A DNA stretch of 64,000 bases from an uncultured Chloroflexia bacterium (GTDB lineage Bacteria > Chloroflexota > Limnocylindria > Limnocylindrales > CSP1-4), in the NCBI GenBank assembly GCA_963816905.1, contig CAWFMQ010000003.1:48887-112886 (forward strand), written 5' to 3'. Made by a program: the position numbers and the translations under genes. The notes below the pieces were generated by a model that had not been told where the DNA came from, ran no database searches, and saw only the letters and a program-made list of their open reading frames with translations. Shown here in pieces: positions 20,629-31,448 of this stretch. Every line of letters starts with the position of its first letter. The stretch's first letter is position 1.

Positions 20629-20770
20629 TGACTTGCCCGGCGCCAAGCGAACGCAAAGGACGTTCCCCGATCATCTCCGGCAGATGTCGGAGCGAAGGGG
20701 GCCCGGACGACCGGAGGAGGACTGGACCATGCCACCTTCTCGCAACGCTGACGACTGCGAAGCAACGAGG

Positions 20771-21938
20771 ATGAACGGCCACGGTCGATTGCCACGGACC
20801 TTCGTCGGCCTGGTCGCACTGTCGATGCTGGCCGGTTGCGCTTCCGGCGCGAGCATGGCTCCATCGTCGGCACCCACCTCGGCGAGCGCGACGCCTGCCG
20901 CGGTCGCCACATCGCCTGCGATGCCGACGCCGGCCGCCGCCCCGGCGACGCCGACGATTGCGCCCTCGGCGGCGGCCGCGACGGTGCCCGTGACCGCGAC
21001 GCCGGTCGTGAGCCCGGATGCGACGGTGACCTCCGTGGCCGGCACCGCGACCTGTCCCACCGTCGACTCCGGCAGTGCGACGACGGTCTCGGACGGCTAC
21101 CAGGAGTTCCGCGGCGGAACACTCACGTGCATCGTGACAACCGGCGACGCCCGCGTCAGCGGGACCGAGATGGCATCACCCTGGAACGAGAACATGTGGG
21201 GCAAGACCGACAGCGTCGCAATGGTCCAGTGGGGCACGCTGCGCCTCGAGAATGCCGGCGGTGCCTGGGAGGGCACAGGCTCCGGCGTCTACTCGTCGGA
21301 TCGCGGGGACATCGTCGTCAGCTGGTACAAGGGGACCGGCGGCTATACCGGCCTCGGCTACTTCGAGCTGCGGACCGGCAAGGAGCCCAACATGATCCAG
21401 GGCCTGATCTTCCCGGGCGACCCCCCGAAGCTGACGGGCCTCCCGATTGTCACCGGGGCCGCGCCGTCGCCGAATGTCCCGGTCATCCCCACGCCCGCAC
21501 CGCGGCCGACTCCGGAGGCGATCGCCTACGGGCCGGTGACCGCGGTCGAGGGGACCTCGGGGTACACCTACGTTGACCTCGTGGGTGGCACCTACGCGGG
21601 CAACGAGACGGTCAATGATCCCCGCGTCAGTGGCACGTTCCTGGCACCGTCCTGGACGATGAACATGTGGGGCGCAACGAGCGACTCCCTCGGGGCCGGC
21701 ACGCAGTGGGGTCCCAGTCGAACTCGAGAACGCCGGCGGAGCGTGGGAGGGCGTCGGCTCGGGCATCTACGACGAAGGCGGGGACGTCATCGCCATCTGG
21801 TACAAGGGTTCCGGGGGCAACGCCGGGCTGGCCTACTTCGAGCTCCTTGCGAGGAGCGACCTGTTCACCCCGACCGCGGGGGAGGTGATCACGGGGGTGT
21901 TCGGCCTGGTCTTCCCCGGCAACCCCCCGACACCGTAG
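20771..21938 (+). pseudogene. lipoprotein with two copies of an uncharacterised ~130-aa domain; one frameshift near 21712
   Basis: Lipobox MLAGC. Domains share RVSG..W..NMWG...QWG...LENAGGAWEG.GSG.Y...WYKG.GG..GL.YFEL...FPG.PP. The second copy continues in another frame after QWGP (apparent extra A in ggtcccAgtcgaa). Confidence 0.7.
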
Positions 21939-22085
21939 ATCCTTGGGCGTTCGACGACCTTCTCCGGTTTCCGGCCGGACGCAGACCACTTGCCGGGTGC
22001 AAAGCGATCGCAAAGCCGGGTGCCGGAGCATTCCGGGCGGATATCGGGTCGATGGCGGCTCGGACGACTCAAGGAGGATCGGACC

Positions 22086-22583
22086 ATGAGGACACGCAGC
22101 TACAACTCAGTGCGCATTGTCTGCGCGACCTTGCTGGCCGTCGCCATGGTTCTCCCGACCGCGGCGACGACGCTGGCGACGACGAACAGGATCCCGTTCA
22201 GCGGGACCTCCACCCTGGTCGACGTCCCCGATTTCGGGGCTGAGACCGACATCGGGGACGTGGCATACGTCCGCGGCATGGTGCTCGTCTACGCGGAGAC
22301 CACCGGCAACGCGATGCTGGACGGCAGCCTGACGGTCACGGTTGACTACAACCTCAATGGCGCGACCGGCAACGGCGTGATGTGGGGCAAGGAGACGCTG
22401 GCGCCGACGGCGTATCCGGGCGAGGGTTATACATGTTCAATGGTCGGCGGTTGGGTCGCCGGCGTGATGACCGCCGTTGACCACTGCCAGGGCTTCGGCA
22501 AGCATCTCCGCGGCTGGCAGATCATCACCCTGATCCAGCGCGAGTCGACGCTCACCGGGATCCTCTTCAAGCCTGGCGACTGA
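22086..22583 (+). CDS. secreted protein, distant paralogue of the preceding domain
   Basis: AAGGAGGA upstream; signal peptide; MWGKETL...GILFKPGD echoes the domain of the preceding gene. Confidence 0.65.
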   Translation: MRTRSYNSVRIVCATLLAVAMVLPTAATTLATTNRIPFSGTSTLVDVPDFGAETDIGDVAYVRGMVLVYAETTGNAMLDGSLTVTVDYNLNGATGNGVMWGKETLAPTAYPGEGYTCSMVGGWVAGVMTAVDHCQGFGKHLRGWQIITLIQRESTLTGILFKPGD

Positions 22584-22649
22584 GTGCGATCGCCGAACTG
22601 CACTCCCGCGGGGCCGACGACCCTGCCGAAGCGACAACATATGCAAATG

Positions 22650-22677
22650 AAGGGGCTGGCCTCATGGCCGGCCCCTT
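22650..22677. terminator. bidirectional hairpin between convergent genes
   Basis: AAGGGGCTGGCC-TCAT-GGCCGGCCCCTT, a 12-bp stem including one G-U pair. T-rich tail on the minus-strand side (CATTTGCATATGTTG). Confidence 0.6.
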
Positions 22678-22684
22678 CGAAACC

Positions 22685-23638
22685 TCAGGCCGGGCGGTCC
22701 CCGGGCGACGTTGCGATCCCGGCGCCGGCATCCGGCTCGATCCGGGTGCCGCGCTCGCCGGCCACGACATGACCAAGGTCCGCGAGCGCGCAGATCGCCG
22801 CGGGTCGCCCGGTCCGGCGGACGAACGTGATCGCCGCCTCGACCTTTGGCCCCATCGAGCCCGCCGGCAGTGCCATCGCCCGCAGCTCGGACGGCGTCGT
22901 GCGGCCGATGGCCGTCGCGTGGGGCGTCCCGAAGTCGCGGTAGACCGCATCGACGTCAGTGGCCATCACGAACAGGTCGGCCTCGAGCTGCGCCGCGAGG
23001 AGCGCGCTCGCGCGATCCTTGTCGATGACCACCTCGGCGCCCACGAGAGTGCGCGTGCCCGGCAGGTACATCGTCGGAATGCCGCCTCCGCCGGTGCAGA
23101 TGACCACGGCACCACGCTCGAGCAGCCAGCGGATCGGCCGGATCTCGAAGATCCGCGTCGGCACCGGCGAGGCGACCACGCGGCGCCAGCGGTCGCCATC
23201 CGGTTTGATGGCCCAGCCCTTGTCGGCCGCCAGCCGTTCCGCCTCCTCCTTCGAGTAGACCGGCCCGATGAACTTCGTCGGATCGGCGAAGGCCGGGTCG
23301 GCGGGGTCGACCTCGACCATCGTGAGGACGCTGGCAAGCGGCTTCTCGAAGGGCAGCAGGTTGCCAAGCTCCTGCTCGATGAGGTAGCCGATCATGCCCT
23401 CCGTCTGGGCGCCGAGCACGTCGAGCGGATAGGCCTCGACCTCCCGGTACGCCGCCGCCTGGAGGGCGAGGAGGCCGACCTGCGGCCCGTTGCCGTGGCT
23501 GATGACCAGCTCGTGCGCCTCGGCGACCGGCGCGAGCTGCCGGGCTGCGACTCGGATGTTGTCACGCTGCAGTTCCGCGGTCATGGGCTGGCCGCGACGG
23601 AGCAGCGCGTTCCCCCCGAGGGCGACGACGATGCGCAT
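22685..23638 (-). CDS. arcC: carbamate kinase
   Basis: [18 protein letters not shown]...; 317 aa, full length. Confidence 0.95.
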   Translation of the reverse strand: MRIVVALGGNALLRRGQPMTAELQRDNIRVAARQLAPVAEAHELVISHGNGPQVGLLALQAAAYREVEAYPLDVLGAQTEGMIGYLIEQELGNLLPFEKPLASVLTMVEVDPADPAFADPTKFIGPVYSKEEAERLAADKGWAIKPDGDRWRRVVASPVPTRIFEIRPIRWLLERGAVVICTGGGGIPTMYLPGTRTLVGAEVVIDKDRASALLAAQLEADLFVMATDVDAVYRDFGTPHATAIGRTTPSELRAMALPAGSMGPKVEAAITFVRRTGRPAAICALADLGHVVAGERGTRIEPDAGAGIATSPGDRPA

Positions 23639-23648
23639 CGGCTCTCTC

Positions 23649-24650
23649 TCAGTCGCCGATGGTGGCCACGAGGACGGCCTTGATCGTGTGCATGCGATTC
23701 TCGGCCTGGTCGAAGACGATGGAGGCGGGCGATTCGAAGACCTCGTCGGTAACCTCCATCTCGGCGATCCCGAAGTGCTCGAACATCTCCTCGCCGACCT
23801 TCGTGTTTCGGTCGTGGAAGGCCGGCAGGCAGTGCAGGAACTTCGTGTGCGGGTTGCCCGTGGCGGCCATCACGTCGGCGTTGACCTGGTACGGATTCAG
23901 GAGGGCGATGCGCTCGGCCCACACCTCCTTGGGTTCGCCCATCGAGACCCACACGTCGGTGTACAGGAAGTCGGCGCCCTTGACGCCGTCAGCCACGGAT
24001 TCGGTCAGCGTGATGCGCGCGCCCGACCCCGCCGCGATGGCATGGGCCTTCTCGACAAGGGCCTGGTCGGGCCAGCGGTCGCGCGGGCCGACGAGCCGGA
24101 CGTCCATGCCCAGCTTGGCGCCGCCGATGAGCAGCGAGTTGCCCATGTTGTTCGCGGCGTCGCCCAGGTACGCGTAGGCGATCTCGGGGATCGGCTTGAA
24201 GGAGTGCTCGCGCATCGTGAGCATGTCCGCGAGGATCTGCGTCGGATGGAACTGGTCGGTGAGCCCGTTCCACACCGGGACACCGGCATGCTGCGCGAGC
24301 GTCTCGACGATCGACTGGTCGAAGCCCCGGTACTCGATGCCGTCATAGAGTCGGCCGAGCACGCGCGCCGTGTCCTTGACGGACTCCTTGTGGCCCATCT
24401 GCGAGGACTGCGGGTCGAGGTACGTGACGTGGGCGCCCTGGTCGTATGCGGCGACCTCGAACGAGCAGCGTGTTCTCGTGGACGTCTTCTCGAAGATGAG
24501 GCAGATGTTCTTGTTGCGCAGGCGCTGGACCTCGAAGCCGCCGCGCTTCGCGGCCTTCAGGCTGGCCGCGAGGTCGAGCAGGAACAGGATCTCCTCGCCC
24601 GAATGATCGAGCAGCTTGAGGAAGCTCCGGTTGCGCAGTGAGAGGGGCAT
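23649..24650 (-). CDS. arcB: ornithine carbamoyltransferase (catabolic context)
   Basis: [17 protein letters not shown] and HCLPAFH motifs; 333 aa. Confidence 0.95.
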   Translation of the reverse strand: MPLSLRNRSFLKLLDHSGEEILFLLDLAASLKAAKRGGFEVQRLRNKNICLIFEKTSTRTRCSFEVAAYDQGAHVTYLDPQSSQMGHKESVKDTARVLGRLYDGIEYRGFDQSIVETLAQHAGVPVWNGLTDQFHPTQILADMLTMREHSFKPIPEIAYAYLGDAANNMGNSLLIGGAKLGMDVRLVGPRDRWPDQALVEKAHAIAAGSGARITLTESVADGVKGADFLYTDVWVSMGEPKEVWAERIALLNPYQVNADVMAATGNPHTKFLHCLPAFHDRNTKVGEEMFEHFGIAEMEVTDEVFESPASIVFDQAENRMHTIKAVLVATIGD

Positions 24651-24687
24651 CGTCGTCTCCAGTCGCGTCTCGGTGGGTGGCGCCGCG

Positions 24688-25996
24688 TCAGGCGGGATCG
24701 CGCAGCACTGGGCAGGTCATGCAGTGGCCGCCGCCTCTGCCGCGCCCCAGCTCGGAGCCGTCGATGGTGATGACCTCGATGCCCGCCTTGCGCAGCAGCG
24801 CGTTGGTGTACTCGTTGCGCTCGTAGGCGAGGACGACGCCGGGCTCGAGGGCGACCACGTTGTTGCCGTCATCCCACTGCTCGCGCTCGGCCTGCCAGCT
24901 GTCGCCGCCGGTCGCGACGACGCGCAGCCGCCTGAGCCCGAGTGCGTCCGACACGGCCCCGAGGAAGGAATCCTCGCGGCGCACGTCGAGTTCGCCCGCC
25001 GTCTCCGCCGGCCGTACCGAGTAGGCGGTGATCGACGTCGACCACCCTGGGAAAGAGCGTCACGCAGTCGCGGTCGAGGAACGTGAAGACGGTGTCGAGG
25101 TGCATGTGCGCGCGGTCGCGCGACATGCCGGCGGCGATGACCCGGTCGGCTGCGCCCTTCGGCGAACAGGGCCAGCGCGATCTTCTCGATCATCTGCCCG
25201 GTGGTGCGCTCGCTCATGCCGATGGCGACGGTCCGGTTGCCGATGGGCATGATGTCGCCGCCCTCGCAGCTCGCCCGGCCGAACGACTCGCCTTCCTGCT
25301 CGCGGGAGTACCAGAACTCGAAGCCCGCGTCGCGGAAGAGCGGATGGAAGCGGTAGACGGCCTCTACGTTGAGGGCCTCGAGCCGGCGTGCCGGCCAGTA
25401 CATCGGGTTGACCACGACCCCGCCGTAGACCCAGGCCGAGGGGTCGCGCGTGAAGTAGCTGTTGGGCAGCGGGCGCAGGATGAAGTCGTCGGGGGTCATC
25501 GCCGAGACCACCAGCGAGCCGCGCGCGATGGCACCCGTGCCGACGCCGCCCTCGCCGCGCCCGTGCAGCAGCACGGCGGCCTCGCGGACGGTCAGGCCGC
25601 CGATGAGGTGGTCCGCCAGGACGGCCGGCTCGACGTCCTCGAGGTAGGCGCGGATCTCGTCGGCCATGCCCGCACCCACGGTGAACGGCGTGACCGCGCG
25701 GTCGAGCACCCATGCTCGCGCATCGGGCGCCGCCAGCGCCTCGCCCAGCAGCGTCTCGCAGGTACAGGACCTCGACCCCGCGCTCGCGCAGCAGGTCGGC
25801 GAAGGCATCGTGCTGCTGGCGCGCGCGCCGTACCCAGAGGACGTCGTCGAACAGCAGCTCGTCATGGTTCGCCGGGGGTCAGGCGCTTGAGTTCCAGGTC
25901 CGGCCGGTGGATCATCACTCGACGCAGCCTGCCGACCTCCGAGTGCACGCCGAGCCGCGTCCCGCTCGTGGCGCTCGGCTCGAAGACCGCTCCCAT
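24688..25996 (-). pseudogene. arcA: arginine deiminase with four frame changes (near 25875, 25760, 25155 and 25035)
   Basis: Start [41 protein letters not shown] (ATG at 25994-25996, GGAGGG upstream). The remainder is readable by frame hopping, through to ...[17 protein letters not shown]. Confidence 0.85.
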
Positions 25997-26449
25997 CTGG
26001 ATCCCTCCAATCCCCCGCAAGCCATTGGATGGTGTGTTGCGCCCGGGGATACGTTGGCGCCGTCCGCGAGCTGCGGCGCCGCATGCAGTGTGTCCCGGCC
26101 ATGTGAACGGCTCGTTATCGCCATGGTAACGACCGGGAAGCGGGTTCGCGACGCAGTTGCGCCGGGCGCGTTACGCGGACGCAGCCACCCGTCCCTCACG
26201 CATCCGCGATCACCCAAGGTCGAGAGCGAGTCGCGCATGGCGCCGAGGACGCCATGCCCTGTCGGCGTGGTCTCGCCTGCGGTGGTGACCGTGCCGGCGT
26301 CAAACACAGGACCGTGCGATGTTCGACCATGTGCGGGCGTCCGACGCGACCGGTGCTATCGCGGGATGGACGCGCCCGGCGTCACCGATCGGGTCGGCGC
26401 GCCGGGCGCAGGCGTCAGCGAGTCAGAACGGGGAGACCACCCCCGACCA

Positions 26450-27907
26450 CTAGTGCCGCTTGTTGTACTCGGCCATGCCCTGCCAATCACCCTTGGCCGC
26501 ATACGCAGCCTGCGTGGGCCACGTGCCGAGGCTGGACGGTGGCAGTGCACCGCCCACGGCGATGAGCTGCCGAAGTTCGTCGGTGGTCATGTGCTCCAAC
26601 TGGGCGTAGGTGGTCACCCCACCCTCGACCAGGATGGACGACATGCGCGGCCCGATGCCGTTGATCTGCGTGAGGTCGTCGGGCTCGGCGGGCGGAGCCT
26701 CGGCCGCGGCAGGCTTCGGCTTGGCGGCCGCGGCCTTGGCCCGGGACTGTTTCTGATTGAGCTTCATCAGGCCCTGCCAGTCGCCCTGGGCTGCAAGCTC
26801 GGCCTGCATGGGCCAGCTGGACACGTTCGCGGGCGGCTGCATGCCGCCCCGGTGCAGCGCATCGCGGAGCTGCGGCTCGTTGGCCTTCGCCAGCGCCTCG
26901 TACGTCGTGATCCCCGCCGCCGCGAGGGCCCTGGCCGCCTTGGGGCCGATCCCCGAGAGCTGGGTCAGGTCGTCCGGCGCCGCGGCCTCGACGGCCGGTT
27001 CCGGCTTGGCCGGCTGGCTCTTCGCGTTGAAGGCATCCAGGCCGACCCAGTCGCCCTTCGCGGCGAAGGCAGCCTGCATCGCCCAGGTACCCACGTTCCG
27101 CGGCACCGCCACGTGTGCCTCGCCGAAGATCGCGCGGAGGTCGGGTTCGCTGGTGCCGGCCAGCGTGGCATAGCTGTCGGTCCCGGCCGCCGTGAGCACC
27201 GCGGCCGTCCTGGGACCGATGCCCTTGATCCTGGTCAGGTCGTCCGCCTCGGCAGGTGCCGCCGCCTCCACGGCCGCCGCAACCGCCACAGCCGGCGGGG
27301 CGGCCTCCACAACCGGTTCCGCAGCCGGCGCCGCGATGGTCTCGACCTCGTAGTCGGCGGCGACCTCCTCGCCGCCCAGCTCCTCGGCCGTCCCCTCGAT
27401 GAGCGCGACGAGTTCCGCCGCGGTTTCGGGCGGCAGCGTGCTGTAGATGAGCAGCGCGTCGTTGGCCTTGATCGCCTTGTCGACCGCCGCCATCGAGCCG
27501 GCCCAGACGCCCTCGTAGAGCACGAAGAGGGCGCTCTTGCCCCGCTCGAGCTCGAGGGCGATCGACTTCATGAACTTGTCATCGATGCCCATGCCGCGCA
27601 GGCGGTGGTGCAGCCCCGCGAGGATGCCACCCGTGGCGCCGCCGACGACCGCACCCGCGGGCCCGAGGAGCACCCCGCCGACCACGACGCCGATGGCACC
27701 GGCGCCGAGACGGTGCTTCTTGCTGGCGTCCGCGATCTGCTGGACCTTGACCTTGCCTTCCATGGAGCGATCGGCGATGGCGGCGCCGACGATCTGGACG
27801 TTCTTGTCGGCCTCGTCGATCTTCTGGATCGTCTTGAAGAACTGGTGGGCGGCCAGATCGTTATTGAGCACGAACGCCGCCAGGGTCTGCTCTGCCTGCT
27901 CAGTCAT
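26450..27907 (-). CDS. DUF1269-like N-terminal domain fused to three helix-hairpin-helix-containing repeats
   Basis: The N-terminus has a Gly-zipper segment (GAGAIGVVVGGVLLGPAGAVVGGATGGILAG). It is followed by 3 x ~85-aa modules DDLT.I.GIGP....L...G....A.L......LR.......P.....W..QA..AA.GDW.G. Confidence 0.8.
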   Translation of the reverse strand: MTEQAEQTLAAFVLNNDLAAHQFFKTIQKIDEADKNVQIVGAAIADRSMEGKVKVQQIADASKKHRLGAGAIGVVVGGVLLGPAGAVVGGATGGILAGLHHRLRGMGIDDKFMKSIALELERGKSALFVLYEGVWAGSMAAVDKAIKANDALLIYSTLPPETAAELVALIEGTAEELGGEEVAADYEVETIAAPAAEPVVEAAPPAVAVAAAVEAAAPAEADDLTRIKGIGPRTAAVLTAAGTDSYATLAGTSEPDLRAIFGEAHVAVPRNVGTWAMQAAFAAKGDWVGLDAFNAKSQPAKPEPAVEAAAPDDLTQLSGIGPKAARALAAAGITTYEALAKANEPQLRDALHRGGMQPPANVSSWPMQAELAAQGDWQGLMKLNQKQSRAKAAAAKPKPAAAEAPPAEPDDLTQINGIGPRMSSILVEGGVTTYAQLEHMTTDELRQLIAVGGALPPSSLGTWPTQAAYAAKGDWQGMAEYNKRH

Positions 27908-28357
27908 CCTTTGCTCCCACTAACAAGCGGGTCATCGCATGGTGCGAGACGCAACGCGGTCCAGTATGGCCCTCGTGCCGGCGGTTTCGGGCATCGGTCG
28001 TGGCAAATGACCCGCAGCGAGGTTGAGGAGCCAGTCCGGGACGATCACAGCAGATCCGCTCGTGGACTGCGTCATCTCGCGGTCGGGGCCGGCCATGAGC
28101 GCCTCGCCGTCACCAATGACCAGCGTGCCTCCCCAGGGTCGGCATGATCGGCTGCGGCCCGAACACAGGGCGTTCGTGCGTTGAGAAGCACGGCGAGGGG
28201 CCAGGAGCCGGCGCGGACGTTGGCATCCACCTGGCGACCGATCGCCGCCGCGAGCTACCGCCGCGGCGTCGGCCGGGCGCTCGCCCAGCCGTGAGCGGCT
28301 GGAACGGTGTCGTGATGACCGCGGCGTGGCGGTGGGTCCGTTGACCGAGGTCGCGAA

Positions 28358-30100
28358 GTGGAACAACCTACGGCAATGAGTTCCGATTCCCGCACGACAG
28401 CGCCCGGTGTCTCGACGCGGCTGGTCCCCATTCTCGACTGGTGGCGAACCTACGACCGTCGGTGGCTCCGCGGGGACATCATCGCGGGCATCGCAGTCAC
28501 CGCGATGATCGTGCCCAAGAACCTCGGCTACGCGGGTATCGCCGGGATCCCAGTGCAGAACGGCCTTTACGCGGCTGCTGCCGGCGCGATCATCTATGCG
28601 CTCTTCTGTACCTCGCGGCATATCTCGACGGGCCCCAGCTCGTCGCTCGCAGCTGTGGCCGGGGGAGCAGTCCTGCTCACCGGCCTCGGCGGCGAGGAGG
28701 CGGCGCAGCTGGTGGCCGCGATCACCCTCGTCACCGGGGCGCTGTTCCTTGTGGTGGCCGCACTTCGGATGGGCTGGATCGCCAGGTTCCTGTCGAAGGC
28801 GGTCGTCACGGGATTCCTGGCGGGTGCTGCGATCGACGTTGTCATCGGGGAGTTGCCGAAGCTCACCGGGACATCCGCCGATGGGGCCAGTGCGTGGCAG
28901 GAGCTCGCATCGTGGATCCGCAGCCTGGGAGACATCCAGTGGGTGACGCTGCTCGTGGGCGCGGCGGGACTCGGCGCGATCCTGGGACTCAGGTTCGCGG
29001 CCCCCAGGATCCCCGGGGCGCTCGTGCTCGTGGTCGGCGGCCTGGTCGCGTCGGTTGTGTTCGACCTGGGCGCACACGGGGTGGCGCTCGTCGGCCCGGT
29101 GCCGCGCGGCCTCCCGGTGCCGCAGCTCCCCTCGCTCGACGTGTTCACTCAGCATTTCGCGGAGATCGCCACCGCGGCGGTCGCGCTCCTGCTGATCGGG
29201 TTCTCACAGACAGCCGGCGATGCCCGGGCGTTCGCGACACGCCATCGGTATCGCATCGACGTGAACCAGGAGTCGATTGCCCAGGGCATGGCCAACATCG
29301 GGGCCGGCGTATTCCAGGGGATGCCGGTCTCCACGAGCCTATCGGCGAGCTCGCTCAACGAGTCGGCAGGTGCCAGGACGCCAGTCGCCTCGCTCGCTAC
29401 CGGGGCACTCGTACTCGCCACGCTCATCCTGCTCGCGCCCCTGTTCTCCCAGCTGCCCAAAGCGGTCCTGGCCGCGATCATCATCGATGCGGTGGTGTTC
29501 GGAATGATCGACGTCCCCGAGCTGCGGCGCCTCCGCCGGGTGAAGCGGTTCGACTTCTGGATCGCGATGGCCGCACTCTTGGGCGTGTTGTCCGCCGGCG
29601 TTCTGCTGGGTGTCGTGATCGGGATCGTGCTGTCGCTCGGCTGGCTGGTCTATGTCGCGACGCGCCCCTCCATGCCGCTCCTTGGGCGCGAGGCCGGAAC
29701 ACAGGTCTACCGCGGCCTCGACGAGCACCCCGGGGACGAGACATACCCGGGTGTCGCGGTGCTCCGCATCGACGGCGGCCTGTTCTTCGCGACGGCCGAG
29801 GCGGTAGATGACCGGGTTCGCGCTGTCACGGAGGGGCAGGCTGGGCTCCGAACCCTCGTCCTCGACATGGAAGGGGTCAACTTCATCGACTCACAGGGTG
29901 CCGCGAAGCTGTCCGAGATCCATGGGCTCACCGATGCGGACGGACTCGTGCTGCGCCTCGCCCGCGTCAAGCCGACCGTGTTCGAAGTGCTCCGAGCGGA
30001 AGGGTTCCTCGACAAGGTCGGTCCCGACCACATCCACGGCAACGTCCACCGGGCCGTCGAGGCTCAGGCCACCGACGCCCCTGTGCGACCGGATGGTTGA
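28358..30100 (+). CDS. SulP-family anion permease with C-terminal STAS domain
   Basis: 580 aa; WLRGDIIAGIAVTAMIVPKNLGYAGIAGIP...; STAS-like tail (VLDMEGVNFIDSQGAAKL). Confidence 0.9.
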   Translation: MEQPTAMSSDSRTTAPGVSTRLVPILDWWRTYDRRWLRGDIIAGIAVTAMIVPKNLGYAGIAGIPVQNGLYAAAAGAIIYALFCTSRHISTGPSSSLAAVAGGAVLLTGLGGEEAAQLVAAITLVTGALFLVVAALRMGWIARFLSKAVVTGFLAGAAIDVVIGELPKLTGTSADGASAWQELASWIRSLGDIQWVTLLVGAAGLGAILGLRFAAPRIPGALVLVVGGLVASVVFDLGAHGVALVGPVPRGLPVPQLPSLDVFTQHFAEIATAAVALLLIGFSQTAGDARAFATRHRYRIDVNQESIAQGMANIGAGVFQGMPVSTSLSASSLNESAGARTPVASLATGALVLATLILLAPLFSQLPKAVLAAIIIDAVVFGMIDVPELRRLRRVKRFDFWIAMAALLGVLSAGVLLGVVIGIVLSLGWLVYVATRPSMPLLGREAGTQVYRGLDEHPGDETYPGVAVLRIDGGLFFATAEAVDDRVRAVTEGQAGLRTLVLDMEGVNFIDSQGAAKLSEIHGLTDADGLVLRLARVKPTVFEVLRAEGFLDKVGPDHIHGNVHRAVEAQATDAPVRPDG

Positions 30101-30573
30101 CCCGTTCGCGTGAACACCTCGACCCTTGGTCAGGCCACCCGGGGCATTCCGTGGTGATCGCGGAACCGGCCGGAGTTCGGGGTGGCCCCGTGACCGACGC
30201 GCCGCGGCATCTGCGACCCCCGAGACTCTGCAGACTGTGGAACCTGCCGGGTTCCCGTTCGAGAATAGTGACCGGCGGATGGCTGTTGACCGCGCGGTAC
30301 GGGTGCCGAGGGCGTCATCGTCGGACCGGCTGGGGCATCTTCGCCCACGAGTGCGACAGGCTGGCCAGCATCGCGGTGGCGCCGCGCGCCCGCCTCGAAG
30401 CGGCCGCAGCGCATCGCAGAGGGGTGCGCTTGCACTCTCTGGTTCGATCGGGCCCCCGGGACCGGTCTTGGAGCTGCTCGTGCGTGGGAGCCGCGGCCGC
30501 GACGACCGCGAGCGCCTCGTCGCTCTCTTGTGAGCTTCGGCAATCGCCACCTTCCGTGGCGCGCCTCTCGGGG

Positions 30574-31029
30574 TTAGCGGCGACGGCGCTCGCGCCTCCG
30601 GACGCCGGCCACCGACATCGGCGAGAGGGGTCGGCCGATGGGGTCGATGAAGAGGACCACGGGTCCGGTGGAGGCGGGGACCGTGCCGTCCATCAGCGTG
30701 AAGCTGTAGGAGAGGGTGTCACCCTCGAGACGGGGGTCGTTGATGGTGATCACCGCGTCTTCGAGCGGCGCACCTGGGTGCCCTTCGGTGTACGAGAGGA
30801 CCGCGTTCGGCGGGTCCGACTGGAAGCTGTTGTCTCCCTCGCCCCAGTACTCGACGAAGCGGGAGGAGGTCATATGGCCGACCTCGCGAATGGGTCGGTC
30901 GGAGAAGTAGATGGTCGAGGCGCCGATGCCCTTCAAGGTGAGGGTCGCACCGTCGCTCACGACAGACGCCGCGTTCTGGACGAACAGGGCCTCGATCTCG
31001 GCAAGCTGCTGCTCGGTGACTTCGCTCAT
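30574..31029 (-). CDS. hypothetical protein
   Basis: 151-aa ORF with protein-like, non-shadow composition. No family recognised. Confidence 0.55.
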   Translation of the reverse strand: MSEVTEQQLAEIEALFVQNAASVVSDGATLTLKGIGASTIYFSDRPIREVGHMTSSRFVEYWGEGDNSFQSDPPNAVLSYTEGHPGAPLEDAVITINDPRLEGDTLSYSFTLMDGTVPASTGPVVLFIDPIGRPLSPMSVAGVRRRERRRR

Positions 31030-31333
31030 GGGATCCCTCCAGTTGGGTCCGGTTGCGCCTTGTGTCTGGCGCTCACCGCGGAAGAGCCTACACCCGCCTC
31101 CTGGTCTCGACTGCGGCCAGCGTCGCCGATCACCGGTGGCACCGCCACTTCAGCCGCGTCCGGCGAACGGTTGCAGGTGTCGCCAGCCGCGCGTGCGAAA
31201 CGGGCAGGACGGTCGGCGCAGGGTCGCTGGGCGTACAGCTCCGCCGGTGGCCGCTCGTCGGCCGATGGATGCCGCCGCATTCGAGAACTCTGAATGACGC
31301 CTGACGTCGCCGTGCTCGCGCGGGCGGGCGGGA

Positions 31334-31448
31334 TCGCCAACCCCCAACGCCGAGGCCATCGCGGCCGCGACGGACCCGTTGGCGTGGACCGTGAGCACCA
31401 GGTCTAGAGACGAATGTCCAGGGTGCCGCCGTGACCTGCATCGGCGCG
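31334..31448. repeat. 115-nt near-identical copy of part of the META-lipoprotein gene (33945-34058)
   Basis: Hand alignment: 2 substitutions and one 1-nt insertion (ggtcTagag) over 114 nt. Confidence 0.95.

Noticed and set aside
26100-26450. Possible Crp/FNR or ArgR operator upstream of arcA (TGTGAACGG..., CGTTATCGCCATGGTAACG).
   Set aside because: These are only partial palindromes with poor matches to TGTGA-N6-TCACA or ARG-box consensus, and there is no regulator gene nearby.
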